IMG/VR virus record: IMGVR_UViG_3300028888_000097
Span: 26,682-90,681 of that record
DNA length: 64,000 nt
Reading direction: 5' to 3' (one strand)
Origin: a virus
Lineage: Duplodnaviria > Caudoviricetes
A model generated the notes under the pieces. The model had not been told where the DNA came from, made no database searches, and saw only the letters and a list, made by a program, of their open reading frames with translations. Positions within the stretch are counted from its first letter, which is position 1. The number at the start of each line of letters is the position of its first letter. Shown here in pieces: positions 1 to 10,800 of this stretch. The translations under genes were made by a program, and so were the position numbers.

Positions 1-1479
1 GCGGGATATGGTCCCGTATTCCGAAACGACCGGTACAATCTGGCTGCCGTTCAAATCGAGGGGAGCTTTACGGGGCTATCCTTGGTTCTGGAAGGGCGGA
101 CGGACGTTGACGCGGGTCCGTGGGAGGCTGTCGCGGGGTGGTCTGTATCGGATCCGAATACGAAAACGGAGACAGTTTCTTCCGCCGGGATTTATGAATG
201 GCGCATCGAGGGCATCCGGGAATTTCGGTTCCGGATTCTCGCCATTTCGGGCGGGGCGGTGAACGCTTCCGGCGTACTCTACAATTCGGCGGACAACTCG
301 ACCTATCCGTATACTTCGGCTCCCGGCTCCATTACGTTCGGGGATCCCGCGCTCTTTGTGAAGGGGATTTGTGAGCAGATCTTCTTCGACCCGTCCACGG
401 GGAACATTGTGGGCTACGACAACACGGCGACGGACGGTTCAGTGACGATTTCCGTGAATCTCGCGGAGATTGCGGGAGGCATGGGAAACCGGCTCATCGG
501 GGTGCTTCCGGACACGGCGCGGATTTCGGGCGGGTACACGTCCTCGGCGTTCTCGCTCGAGACCCGTGAGAAGATCATGGGCGGGCAGATTGCGTACAAC
601 GCGGTCGCCCAGGTCTGCGAAACGGTAACGGCGGAATCCGAAACCCTCGTTGTCAGCCGGGAACCCGCTCCGTCCCTTGCGGAGAATCCGGGAGACGGGA
701 CCTTCTGGGCGTATGTGAAGCGCGTGGGAGACGGAGCGCAGAAAGGAATGAACGTCGGGGTTAATCCTTCGACGCGGGAGATTGTGAACTTCACGGCGGA
801 GACGGGAGAGAAATACGAGGTGACTTATTTCGCTCACAACGTCTCGGCGCAGATGCTTCCGATTCCGTCCATTTGGAATCCCGTTATGATGACGGTACAG
901 GAGCGGTACGGGGTTTACGCGAAGCAGAATGGGTCCGCCGAAAAGGGCGTTCTGAAGGGATGGCTTTACTTCATCGTTCCCCGCGCGATTCTAAACGCGG
1001 ACGCCGGTGAATCCGCCTCCGAAACGGCGAACGCCACGACGGACGGAAGCTGGATTGCGATTCCGGAAAAGCCGGAGAACATGCCGTTCTGCGATTGCGA
1101 CGAGAGTGCGCATCCGGTGGCTTACTATGTTTACGTCCCCTGCTCCGGCGAGAACGACGCGGTGACGGAAGTGGTTTCCGTCGGAAGCGGATTGACGCTG
1201 AAAGCGGGGAAGACGGCGCAGCTTCCGATCAAGCTGGTCATGCCGGATGACAGCCTCGTTCAGCCGGACTTCACGCGGATGGGATATTACTCCGAGGACG
1301 AAGCGGTGGCGACGGTGGACAACCGTGGAATTGTGACGGCGGTTTCCGAAGGGCAGACGGTGGTTCATGCGTTTGTTTCCAAATCGGACGGTTCCTCCCT
1401 TGACAGCCGGACGATTGTGGCGGTGGAAGGAACGCGAAAAACGCTGACGGCGAACCGGAACAATATCTTGGTTGGTTAA
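1..1479 (+). CDS. Tail tube-like protein, paralog 1, with C-terminal Ig-like (Big_2) domain; 5' end lies outside the window
   Basis: Frame 1 is open from base 1. Residues from ITFGDPALFVKGICEQIFFDPSTGNIVGYD onward align colinearly with the 5966-7081 protein. C-terminal YYSEDEAVATVDNRGIVTAVSEGQTVV is an Ig-like signature. Confidence 0.75.
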   Translation, partial: AGYGPVFRNDRYNLAAVQIEGSFTGLSLVLEGRTDVDAGPWEAVAGWSVSDPNTKTETVSSAGIYEWRIEGIREFRFRILAISGGAVNASGVLYNSADNSTYPYTSAPGSITFGDPALFVKGICEQIFFDPSTGNIVGYDNTATDGSVTISVNLAEIAGGMGNRLIGVLPDTARISGGYTSSAFSLETREKIMGGQIAYNAVAQVCETVTAESETLVVSREPAPSLAENPGDGTFWAYVKRVGDGAQKGMNVGVNPSTREIVNFTAETGEKYEVTYFAHNVSAQMLPIPSIWNPVMMTVQERYGVYAKQNGSAEKGVLKGWLYFIVPRAILNADAGESASETANATTDGSWIAIPEKPENMPFCDCDESAHPVAYYVYVPCSGENDAVTEVVSVGSGLTLKAGKTAQLPIKLVMPDDSLVQPDFTRMGYYSEDEAVATVDNRGIVTAVSEGQTVVHAFVSKSDGSSLDSRTIVAVEGTRKTLTANRNNILVG

Positions 1480-1516
1480 AATTCAAAATTCCATAGGATC
1501 TGAAAGGACGACAAAC

Positions 1517-2149
1517 ATGGAATACTTTGAGCTTACAAAGGACATGATGGCGGGGGCGAAAACCTACATGCCTCTGTACACGAAAAAGACGCTGGCGGAG
1601 GCGGTGGCGTTCCGGTGCGTGAAGCCCATGACCCGGCTGAAGTGGGACGGAATCCACCTTTCGGAGCGGGCGGACGGGGAAGAGGTTCGGGACGAGCCAA
1701 CCTCCCTGCCTGATCTGATGGAGGAAGATGTGGCACTGAAGATGTGCCTCCTCCAGAATGTCCTTCTTTCGTGGTATTTCGATGTGGAGATGGACGAGGA
1801 GAACATCGGATACGAGCAGTACGACTTCTACGCGGGCGGACACCTGATGAATCAGATTGAACGGTTCAAGGCGGACCGGGACGTGAAGAACAAGGCGTTC
1901 GATCTGATGGAGGACTGGCGGGAATTCAAGAAGATGGTGGACACGATCATCTACAATTACAAAATGAACGCCAACGATCCCCTCAAACGGTTCGACGCGA
2001 TGCTGACGGTCTTCTCCTCTCCCGAGAACATTCAAGCTCTGGTGAACGAGCTTCAGAAGAGCTCGGATGAGGTGGAAGAGAAGGTGAATGGCGCGAAGAA
2101 GGGACGGAAGAAGTCCGATAAGGTTTTGGAACCGATTCCGGAGGCATGA
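1517..2149 (+). CDS. Hypothetical protein of the tail module
   Basis: ATG at 1517 after AAAGGA RBS; long ORF co-directional with structural genes. Confidence 0.7.
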   Translation: MEYFELTKDMMAGAKTYMPLYTKKTLAEAVAFRCVKPMTRLKWDGIHLSERADGEEVRDEPTSLPDLMEEDVALKMCLLQNVLLSWYFDVEMDEENIGYEQYDFYAGGHLMNQIERFKADRDVKNKAFDLMEDWREFKKMVDTIIYNYKMNANDPLKRFDAMLTVFSSPENIQALVNELQKSSDEVEEKVNGAKKGRKKSDKVLEPIPEA

Positions 2150-2150
2150 C

Positions 2151-2870
2151 ATGGCGGTTGACATTCGGAACCCCTATTGGCCGTATGTGAAAGCGCAGGA
2201 GAGTTACTACGACCTGTCCGATTCGGTTTCGCTCCCCCGGAAGATTGCGGACTATCTGATTGACGCTCCGCAGGGGGAATACACGCCGATGGACGATAAC
2301 AGCTATCCGCGCTGTCGGCTTTGGAAATACCTCTACTACGACGGGGCGAGACCGCTTGACAATCCACTCCCTTCCATCCGGGAGAAGATGAGCGTGGTAT
2401 ACAATCCGGACATGCCGCAGAATCCGCCGACGGAGAAGGGATACCGGCTGATCCCGCAGATATTCACGCGTCAATCTCAGGAGACGGCGCAGACGCGGCT
2501 TTACGTCTACATGGGGCGGACGGTTCCCATGAACGAGGAGATGCGGATTGCGCTTGCGGTGACGTTCCGGATCTGGACGCACTACACCTACGAGCTGAAC
2601 ACGCGCTCGGACGAATATTCTCGGGCGTTCGCCATTGAACAGGCTCTTATCGAATCCCTGCACGGGGTGAACATGAACGGTGTCGGCACTTTCTTCTTCT
2701 CGAAGTCGGTTCATCCGGACTGCGGGTCGGGGGTGATGTACGACGGCGAGACAAATGTGGGGCGGGAGCTGACGATTGCGCTCCAGGTGGCGACGACGGT
2801 TCCGAATGATTTCGGCTCCATCCTGAACAAGCCGCTCGGGAATCCGTCCGGGACGATTCGGTGGGGGTGA
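2151..2870 (+). CDS. Putative tail completion/terminator-type structural protein
   Basis: ATG at 2151 after GGAGG, directly after the previous stop. Function inferred from position only. Confidence 0.6.
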   Translation: MAVDIRNPYWPYVKAQESYYDLSDSVSLPRKIADYLIDAPQGEYTPMDDNSYPRCRLWKYLYYDGARPLDNPLPSIREKMSVVYNPDMPQNPPTEKGYRLIPQIFTRQSQETAQTRLYVYMGRTVPMNEEMRIALAVTFRIWTHYTYELNTRSDEYSRAFAIEQALIESLHGVNMNGVGTFFFSKSVHPDCGSGVMYDGETNVGRELTIALQVATTVPNDFGSILNKPLGNPSGTIRWG

Positions 2871-2880
2871 CTTTGACGCT

Positions 2881-3075
2881 GTGAAAAGAGCGAAAAGGAA
2901 GCGGAGAAGTGAACCAAAGGAATTTACGCCGGAGGTCAAAGCAAAGGTGGATGAAGCCATTCGGATCCGGACCCGGATGCTCATTCGGGATCATCAGGGG
3001 AACGAGAGGATTTTCCGCTCGACGGTACTGGAAGAAGGAACGGAAAACGAAGAAACGGAGGGAGACAGCGGATGA
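2881..3075 (+). CDS. Small hypothetical protein
   Basis: 64-aa ORF whose stop overlaps the next start (ATGA); weak RBS. Confidence 0.4.
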   Translation: MKRAKRKRRSEPKEFTPEVKAKVDEAIRIRTRMLIRDHQGNERIFRSTVLEEGTENEETEGDSG

Positions 3076-4391
3076 ATCAGAGTCAGAAGTTCATTAAGTC
3101 GGTCTCCCATCCCCATGTGACGGCGGTGAAGTCAAACACTCCGGCGCAGTACAAGGACCGGCGGCATCAATACCTTGCGGACCGGCGGACGCTCTTTGAC
3201 GAGCAGAGGGATTATCTGGCGACGGATTATGTCAAGGCGCGGGTACAGGGGCTGAACCCGGACAACTTCTACGAATGGGTTGAGACGGAGATCCGGTTAT
3301 CGGACGTTTCCACGCAGTCGGTGACGGCGTTTGACTCGAAGGAATACGACAACTTCAAGGAAATCCTGTTCCGGTCGCGGGCTATCGATTACATTCCGGT
3401 GGGGGCGTATGTGGAGACGATGGGGTCTTACTGGATGGTGGTCAACCCCGGCAATATGTCTTCCCCCACGACGAACGCGGTCATTGCGCGGTGTCGGGCG
3501 CACTGGACGTTCTACGACGAATACGGGAACATCCGGTGGGAACCGCTTGTGATTGACCGGCGGACGATGCTTTCCAACCGGAACGAATCGCCGGAGAATC
3601 TGGTGCTGATGGAGGGCTACTTCAACGTGAAGTGTCAGAAGAACGCGAACACGGTGAAGCTGCGGGACAATCAGCGGATGATTCTCGGGTCCTACGCCTA
3701 CCACATCACAGGTTTCACGGATTTCTTCGAGGAGTTCACGGGGGACGACGAATCCGCGCACGTTATCAATCTGACGGTGCGGAGAGAGGAACCGGAAGAG
3801 CACGACGACCTTGTGAACCACATCGCGGACGGATTACTCTTCACATGGGGAGCGGAAATCACCGGCCCCGGTTCGGTTTCGATTGACAAAGAAACGGGAT
3901 TGACGGCGCACATGCTCAAAAACGGCGAGAACGTACCTGAAAGCGCGGTTCTGCCGATTACGTGGAACTGGTCCTCCTCTGATGAATTGGTTGCCACGGT
4001 GGACACTGACGGCATTGTGCGCGGTGTTTCGGAGGGGGAGGCTGTTATCACGGCAAATCTGAGCCAGAATCCTGATTTAGCCGCGACCTTTACGATTTCG
4101 GTGAACGCGGGGAGCGAGGCGGTGCGGTTCGTCGGTACGGTTCCTCCGTTTATCGCGCAGTATTCGGAGATCACGCTTACTGCTGTGCATGAGGTGAACG
4201 GGGAAGCGACGGAAGATCCTCTGGAATGGAGCTTTGCGGGTGCGGATTCCGAAGACTGGACGGCGTTCACCAATCCGAACGGAATGCAATGCGAAATCGC
4301 CTGTAACTCTCCGGCGGCTGAACCTCTGATTGTAACGGTTTCGTATGGCGGGGAATCCGCTTCGGTTTCGATCAAGCTGTTGGGATACTGA
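3072..4391 (+). CDS. Head-tail/structural protein with Ig-like (Big_2) domain
   Basis: 439-aa ORF containing WSSSDELVATVDTDGIVRGVSEGEAVITA, an Ig-like motif. Confidence 0.7.
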   Translation: MNQSQKFIKSVSHPHVTAVKSNTPAQYKDRRHQYLADRRTLFDEQRDYLATDYVKARVQGLNPDNFYEWVETEIRLSDVSTQSVTAFDSKEYDNFKEILFRSRAIDYIPVGAYVETMGSYWMVVNPGNMSSPTTNAVIARCRAHWTFYDEYGNIRWEPLVIDRRTMLSNRNESPENLVLMEGYFNVKCQKNANTVKLRDNQRMILGSYAYHITGFTDFFEEFTGDDESAHVINLTVRREEPEEHDDLVNHIADGLLFTWGAEITGPGSVSIDKETGLTAHMLKNGENVPESAVLPITWNWSSSDELVATVDTDGIVRGVSEGEAVITANLSQNPDLAATFTISVNAGSEAVRFVGTVPPFIAQYSEITLTAVHEVNGEATEDPLEWSFAGADSEDWTAFTNPNGMQCEIACNSPAAEPLIVTVSYGGESASVSIKLLGY

Positions 4392-4490
4392 AAAACAAAC
4401 GCCTCCGCGAGAGGGCGGAGGTAAGGTCAAGCGGGACCGGGCGGGGCGGTATGCTCTCCGGTCCCTTTACTTTGAAAGGAAGTGAAAGCG

Positions 4491-4847
4491 ATGTGCGGTT
4501 ATCACTGTCCGTTTGCGGAGCGGAAGCCCTGCGCGGGATTTCTGCTGTGCCGGGATATGTACCAAGAGGGCGTGAACTACAACATCCGGACGAACGCGAT
4601 GAACGTGATCTGCGCGTTCCAGAAGCAGTGCATGAGGACGGGACGGATGGAAAACACAGACTCGGCGCGGGACTGCTATACATGGCGGGTACAGGCGATG
4701 GCGGAGGCGAAAAAGGCGGTCATCGAGGACGATTCCGCTTTCATCGGGGAAAATGTCGTTGAGAACGACGAGAGTCCCGCCGATAAGATGACCGTCACGA
4801 CGGCGGTTTCCGGGAAGAGTTCCGGAAAGAAGAAAAAGAAGAATTGA
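4491..4847 (+). CDS. Hypothetical Cys-rich protein
   Basis: ORF after AAAGGAAG RBS; several Cys residues, basic tail. Confidence 0.6.
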   Translation: MCGYHCPFAERKPCAGFLLCRDMYQEGVNYNIRTNAMNVICAFQKQCMRTGRMENTDSARDCYTWRVQAMAEAKKAVIEDDSAFIGENVVENDESPADKMTVTTAVSGKSSGKKKKKN

Positions 4848-4902
4848 CGATCATTCTGCCGAAAGGCTGATGATAAAGCAAGGAAAGTAAGGAAAAACAA
4901 AC

Positions 4903-5772
4903 ATGGCCTACGGACTTGCGACAATGCAGCGGGAGAGGCGGCTTCACATCCGGCGGGGAGAACCCATCCGGGAATGCGGGGTTGACCTGTATCCCATCAC
5001 AATGGACCACTACGAGGATTTCATCCAGTGCAAGGACGCCTTATGTCTCAGGCTTTCGTCGCTCCCTGTGCGATACGTGAGCCTTGACTATCTGTCGGCG
5101 GTCTTTGCGCTGGAGCTGGACGCGCTTTCGGAAGGGAAAGAACCCTCCATGGCGACCGGCGGATTATTCTTTCGTTTGATGCGGCTCTTTGGTTTATCTC
5201 TGCGGATTGAGATGACGGCGGAGCGGCTGAACGAATGCATATTCTACCGTGCGTCGGAGGGAAACATCTCCATCGAATACATGGAGCTGACCCAGACGGG
5301 CGCGGACGGAAATCCGAACACGGTCAGGATCACGCCGTTTCAGTTTTCGTCGATTTTACGGCCTCTCATTGCGGCGCAGAATCAGATTGAGCTTCCCGAT
5401 GAGAGTGAAAACGCGGAGCTTGTGGACGCATATCAAAAGAAGAAGCAGATTCAGGACAGGGGCGTCGCCCTGAAGACGGACCTTGACGATCTGGTTTCCT
5501 CCGTGGCGTACCACTCCGGCGTTTCGGACGCGGAGATCATGGACTGGAATGTGCGCGATTTTGAAAACCGACGCCGGGCGATTGAGCGGGACAAGCGGTA
5601 CATGCTTTACGCACAGGCGGAGATGAGCGGGATGGTCACGTTCAAGAACGGCAATCCCTATCCGTCGTGGTGCTTTGACGCGCTCGATGACACGCTCGGC
5701 ACGATGGAATACGCGGAGCTGGCAAAGACGCTCTCCGGCGCGGCGGCTCCCGGTTCCGGGCTTGGGGTGTAA
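4903..5772 (+). CDS. Putative tail assembly chaperone-like protein
   Basis: 289-aa ORF with AAGGA RBS next to the tail tube gene; function by position. Confidence 0.55.
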   Translation: MAYGLATMQRERRLHIRRGEPIRECGVDLYPITMDHYEDFIQCKDALCLRLSSLPVRYVSLDYLSAVFALELDALSEGKEPSMATGGLFFRLMRLFGLSLRIEMTAERLNECIFYRASEGNISIEYMELTQTGADGNPNTVRITPFQFSSILRPLIAAQNQIELPDESENAELVDAYQKKKQIQDRGVALKTDLDDLVSSVAYHSGVSDAEIMDWNVRDFENRRRAIERDKRYMLYAQAEMSGMVTFKNGNPYPSWCFDALDDTLGTMEYAELAKTLSGAAAPGSGLGV

Positions 5773-5965
5773 AAGAACGAAGGAAAACGAGGGGAACGCG
5801 GCTTCTTGAAAGAAGCCTGGCAAGAACTTTGAAAAGCACCTTGTTAGGCGTCCTCTCGTCAGTAAAGCACGGGGTAACGTGCAGTTCCGGATTTGCCCCA
5901 ATTTCACGTTGGGAGGCGGGGAACCGTCTCCCGGAACGAAGATTCAATCTGAAAGGATTTTCACT

Positions 5966-7081
5966 ATGAACGCTATTACTCTCGGCACTCCCAATCTCTT
6001 TCTGAAGGGCATTGCGGAGCAAACATTCTACGATCCGGCGACGGGCAACATCGTCGGCTTTGACAACGTGGCTTCCGAAGCCGCCATTCAGACCTCCGTG
6101 AACCTTCAGGAAGTGGTTGGCGGTCTCGGCAACGCTCTTGTGGGCGTCTTCCCGGACACGGTGCGTCTGACCGGCACTTACACGTCTCAGGCGTTCTCCC
6201 TTGAGACCAGACGCCTCATCACCGGCGGCGTTCTCGCCTACAACGCGACGGCTCCCATTTGCGAGACCATCACGGCGACCGGCACGACCCTTACGGTTTC
6301 CCGGACTCCCGCGAAGCACTACGGGCAGCCCGCCTCCGACACCAACGCATGGTGCTTCGTGAAGCCCCAGGGCGCGGCCTCCTATCCCGGAACGAACTAT
6401 CAGATCAACCCGGCGAACGGTCAGGTTGTGAACTTTGCGGCGGTCTCCGGTACGACCTACGAGGTGTACTACTTCGCCGAGAACGCCTCCGCGCAGTCTC
6501 TCGCGATTCCGGACGTGTTCAATCCCACGAACGTGACGGTTTCCACGAAGTACGGCGTGTACGCCAAGCAGAACAACGCGGTCACAGGCGGTACGCTTCA
6601 GGGCTGGCTCTACGTCATCGTTCCCGTTGCGATCCTCTCCGGTGACGCGGGCATCTCCGCCAACCAGACGACCAACGCGACGACCGACGGCTCCTGGATG
6701 GCTCTGTCTCCCGATTCCGTGGGTCTGTCCTGTGCTGACTGCGCCATGAGCGGCAATCCTATCGCCTACTACATCTACGTTCCCTGCGGAGACGCGGCGG
6801 CTGAGGTTCAGGCTCTGGCGATTCCGGGCGGCGGCGTGACCGTTGCGGTCGGTTCCACCGTTCAGATCCCCGTGAAGTATGTGATGCCCAACGATACGCT
6901 GGTTCAGCCCACCTACACGGATCTGACCTACGCCTCCGCCGCCACCGGCACGGCTACGGTCTCCAACGCGGGCGTGGTGACGGGCGTTGCCGCCGGTTCC
7001 ACTACGGTTACGGTGACGCTGACCAAGGCGGACGGCTCCACGCTGACGGCTCCCTGCGCGGTCACGGTCACTTCCGCCTGA
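5966..7081 (+). CDS. Major tail tube protein, paralog 2, with C-terminal Ig-like (Big_2) domain
   Basis: ATG at 5966 after GAAAGGA. Ala/Thr/Val-rich; codon usage strongly biased to C-ending codons, suggesting high expression. C-terminal TYASAATGTATVSNAGVVTGVAAGSTTVTVT. Confidence 0.8.
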   Translation: MNAITLGTPNLFLKGIAEQTFYDPATGNIVGFDNVASEAAIQTSVNLQEVVGGLGNALVGVFPDTVRLTGTYTSQAFSLETRRLITGGVLAYNATAPICETITATGTTLTVSRTPAKHYGQPASDTNAWCFVKPQGAASYPGTNYQINPANGQVVNFAAVSGTTYEVYYFAENASAQSLAIPDVFNPTNVTVSTKYGVYAKQNNAVTGGTLQGWLYVIVPVAILSGDAGISANQTTNATTDGSWMALSPDSVGLSCADCAMSGNPIAYYIYVPCGDAAAEVQALAIPGGGVTVAVGSTVQIPVKYVMPNDTLVQPTYTDLTYASAATGTATVSNAGVVTGVAAGSTTVTVTLTKADGSTLTAPCAVTVTSA

Positions 7082-7102
7082 CGGATTTTGAAAACGAGGA
7101 CG

Positions 7103-7167
7103 GCGGGGGAGAAATCCCCCGCTCCCCTCTGCATGACGGGGGGATTCCGGATTTGGAGTTCCCCCGA
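7103..7167 (+). terminator. Two GC-rich hairpins after the major tail gene
   Basis: GCGGGGGA-GAAA-TCCCCCGC at 7103-7122, then a GGGGGA...TCCCCC hairpin followed by a T-rich tract. Confidence 0.55.
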
Positions 7168-7239
7168 TTGTTTTTGTTCGACTGTTGACGGATGCGCGGG
7201 GCGGGGCGTGTCCGTGAGCAATTGAAGGGAGGGCGAGGA

Positions 7240-7833
7240 ATGGGACTGTTCAAGGTAACGGTTTCGGGGTTTGAAACGGTTGAGAATGACCTTGAAAAAG
7301 AGCAGAAGCAGATTGAGAAAGCATCTGTCGAAGGGCTGCGCGTGGTGGAGAGCCAGTTTTACGCGGATCTGGAACGGCACATTCAAAAGGACTGGTACGA
7401 GGCATGGGGTGAACCGAAGCAATACGAACGGAGAACGGACGACCCTTCTCTCGGCCCTCCGCTGGGCGATTTCAGCAACATGCACTCTGAGATCAAGGGG
7501 CTGACCCTTACGTTTGATTATTTCCCGTCCGGGAAGCACAGCAACGGGGAATGGAACAACCACAACGGGGACGAGATCATCAAGATCGTTCAAATGAACG
7601 AAGGATGGAGTTATCCGGTGAACGAGGACCAGCGAAAACGCATGATTATGCCCCGTCCGTTCTGGAACAATTTCGTGGAGGAAGAATTTAACGGACAGGC
7701 ATTCGCCGTATTTGACTACGGCTTTTCCGGACGCGGGTACGACCTGATTTCGGAGGGCGTCGGAAAAGACCTTGAATACACGGGCGGAGAAAGTCTACTC
7801 GAAGCCGCAGAAGATTACGATTTACCGCTATGA
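7240..7833 (+). CDS. Hypothetical neck/tail protein
   Basis: ATG at 7240 after GAGG; lies directly upstream of the tape measure gene. Confidence 0.65.
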   Translation: MGLFKVTVSGFETVENDLEKEQKQIEKASVEGLRVVESQFYADLERHIQKDWYEAWGEPKQYERRTDDPSLGPPLGDFSNMHSEIKGLTLTFDYFPSGKHSNGEWNNHNGDEIIKIVQMNEGWSYPVNEDQRKRMIMPRPFWNNFVEEEFNGQAFAVFDYGFSGRGYDLISEGVGKDLEYTGGESLLEAAEDYDLPL

Positions 7834-7841
7834 GGTGAAGC

Positions 7842-10800
7842 ATGGCAAAAATTTTACTAAACGTCGATCTGAACCTTGACACGGCAAAAGGGAGCATTGA
7901 AACTCTCAAAAAGTCGCTTTCCACGATTGCCGATTCGCTGAACAGGGTCAAGCCGAATAAGGATCTGACGGAACAGGTCAAGGCTCTTTCAGAGTATTAC
8001 AAAAGTCTGGCAACGGCGGCGAAGAGCGCGGCGGAGGCTGACTCCAAAGCGGCTATCTCTGCGGCGAAGGTGACAAAAGCCGAGCAGGACGCGGCAAAGG
8101 CGGCGGCGCAGAGGCAGAAAGCGGAGACGGACGCGGCGGCGGCTCTTGCCCGGAGGTCGGCGGCAGAAGCGCGGGCTTTCGATATGATTGAAAAGACCAA
8201 AGCCGCGATGGAGAAGCGGGCAAAGGCGGCAGAGGGGGACGAAAAGGCTCTCTGGAATCTGGAAAAGGCTTTTGCTTCGCTTTCCAAACGGCAGGAAGAA
8301 GCCGCCTCCAAGACGAACGTCATGGATCAGGCTCTCCGGGACGTGGCGGAAGAGACGGAGGAGACATGGAAAGAAATCCGGGCGTTCAACGAGAACGGGG
8401 AGGCTCTGAGTTCCACCGTCGATGAACTGCGGGAGCGGTACGACCGGCTTGCTGCGCAGACTGCCTCCTACGAAAAGGAACTGAACGAACAGGTCAAGGC
8501 GGAAATCGAGGCGGAGAGAGAGGCGCAGCGGTTAGCGGATAGTTTCCAAAAGTCGGAAGAAAACCTCGACGGGCTGACGCTGAAGCTGAACAATATGCTG
8601 ACGGCGATTTCCAACGTGGAGGGCCGTTATCCCGCGGGGACGTTCGATCAGTTAAAGGCGGACATTCAGGCGCAGATTGCCGCCGTGGAAGGGCTGAAAG
8701 AATCTGTTTCGTCCTCCGGCGGGAATATGCAGGAGTTCATCGAAAAGGAACAGGCGGCGGAGCAGTCCACGAAGGATCTAAACGGGCGGTTTGCTGAGCT
8801 GAAAGCCTCCACGGAACACGCGGCTCCGGCGGTGGCGACGCTGGGGGAGAAGTTCGGGAATCTGGTTGAGCGGTACGCGAAGTTCTACGCCTCCTCCCTT
8901 CTGGTGCGGAAGCCGCTTCAGTTGATTCAGAGTGCGCTGTCCGACGTAGGGGAGACGCTTGTCAAGACGGAGGACGCGGTTATCGAGCTGAACCGGGTTC
9001 TGGACGACCCGCAGCCGACGCAGGAAGTGGCGAACCGACTCTACGACATCGCCTACGCCTACGGTTCGACTTTTGAAAGCGCGTCCACGATTGCGTCCAA
9101 CTTCGCTCGCGCCGGTAAGAGCTGGAACGAATCCCTTCAGGCGACGGAAGCGGCTCTTCTGGCTATGAACGTGGCTGAACTCAACGCGACCGAGGCTTCC
9201 GACGGCTTGCTCTCCATCATCGCGCAGTTCGACATGGAGACGTCAGACCTGATTGACGTGGTGGACAAGCTGAACAAGACCGCTGACAAAAACCCCGTCT
9301 CGACGCAGAAGCTCTTACAGGCGATTCAGCGGGCCGGTTCCGCCGCGAAAAACGCGAACGTATCCTTCGACCAGACGCTCGGTTTAATTACGGCGATTTC
9401 CGAGGCGACGAACCGTTCCGGCCAGAACATCGGTACTGCCGTCAACTCCCTGATTCAGTATTCGACGAAGAATGTGGACGTTTTCGCCACTTTGTCGAAG
9501 GAATCCGAGGAGATGGTGGAGAAGTTCAAGCTCGGGCTTGTCTCCATCGTGGACGTCTGGAATCAGGTTGCGGCGGATATCAAGAGCGACAAGAAAGCGC
9601 GGGACGACATCATCACGGCTCTCGGGACGGACGGTCTGGAGGAGCTGTCCTCGACGCTTCACGACGAGCTGGGCGATCTGGTTTCGGAAATCGACGGCGT
9701 TTACAACGTAGCGAACACTTACCGGAAGAACTATTTCATCGCGCTCCTTGACAACATGGACCGGTTCATGAAGGTTCAGGAGCAGTTGACTGATTACCAG
9801 GGGTACTCTCAGGAAGAAAATGAGAAGTACATGGAGACCTACACGGCGAAGGTCAATCAGTTAAACGACGCATGGCAGAAGCTGGCGAACGATGAGCAGG
9901 GGATTCTGAAATTCAAAAAGGACCTCGTTGATCTCGGGATTGATCTGGTTGGATTTGTTGAGCAAACCGGCGGCATTGTCGATACGGTTCAGAGCGCGGC
10001 GGGAATCATTGGCGGACTGGCTTTAATTTCCAAAGCCGAAGCCCTGAAAGTGGCGATTGCCGACATTGGGACGGTATTAAAAGCGACTTTCACAGGAGCC
10101 GCCGGAGCGTTTCAAACGACAATTGGATGGATTGGCGCGGTCATTGCCGTTTCAGCACTACTCAATACTACCATCAACGCTATCCGTGCTTCTCAGGCAG
10201 AACGGCGCAAGGAAACGCTTCTGGAATTTGAAGCGAACAAAGACAACATTACTGCCCTTTCCGAGTTAAAAAAGAAGTACGACGAAGGGAATCTTTCGCT
10301 GAAGGAAGAGTGGGAGTTAGAAGATAAAATCGTTCCGCTTCTCGGAGACAAAGGAATTGCCCTTGACGGACTGGCCCAACACACGGAAGCCTATACGAAA
10401 AAAGTATGGGAACTGGTAGAGGGACTGCGTGAAGAGCAAAAGCTAACGGCACAGGTCGCGCAGGACGCGGCAAAGGACGATTATATCGAAGCCGCAAGAC
10501 AAGCGGTTGAGGGGTCCGCAAGAGCACAAGCGAAAAGGGACGGCGGAGTTCAATCGTTTATTCTAAATTCAGATCTGGGCAAGTTCTTTAGTTCCGCTTT
10601 CAGCGGGGCGATGAACGACGCCGACCAAGCTGCCGAATATCTTGACAAACTGCGCACACGGCTTGACGAAGCGAAACAGGCATATCTTGAGGCGCGTGGA
10701 CAGGTTTCCGACGCGGAAGAGAAGAAGCTCCGTGAATACTATCAGGATCTTCTTGAAATATACAACAATCTCAGCGCGGCAAGGGATAATTACGAGAAAC

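Noticed and set aside
4903-7842. Programmed frameshift in a tail assembly chaperone
   Set aside because: No clear slippery heptamer with a downstream extended frame was identified.
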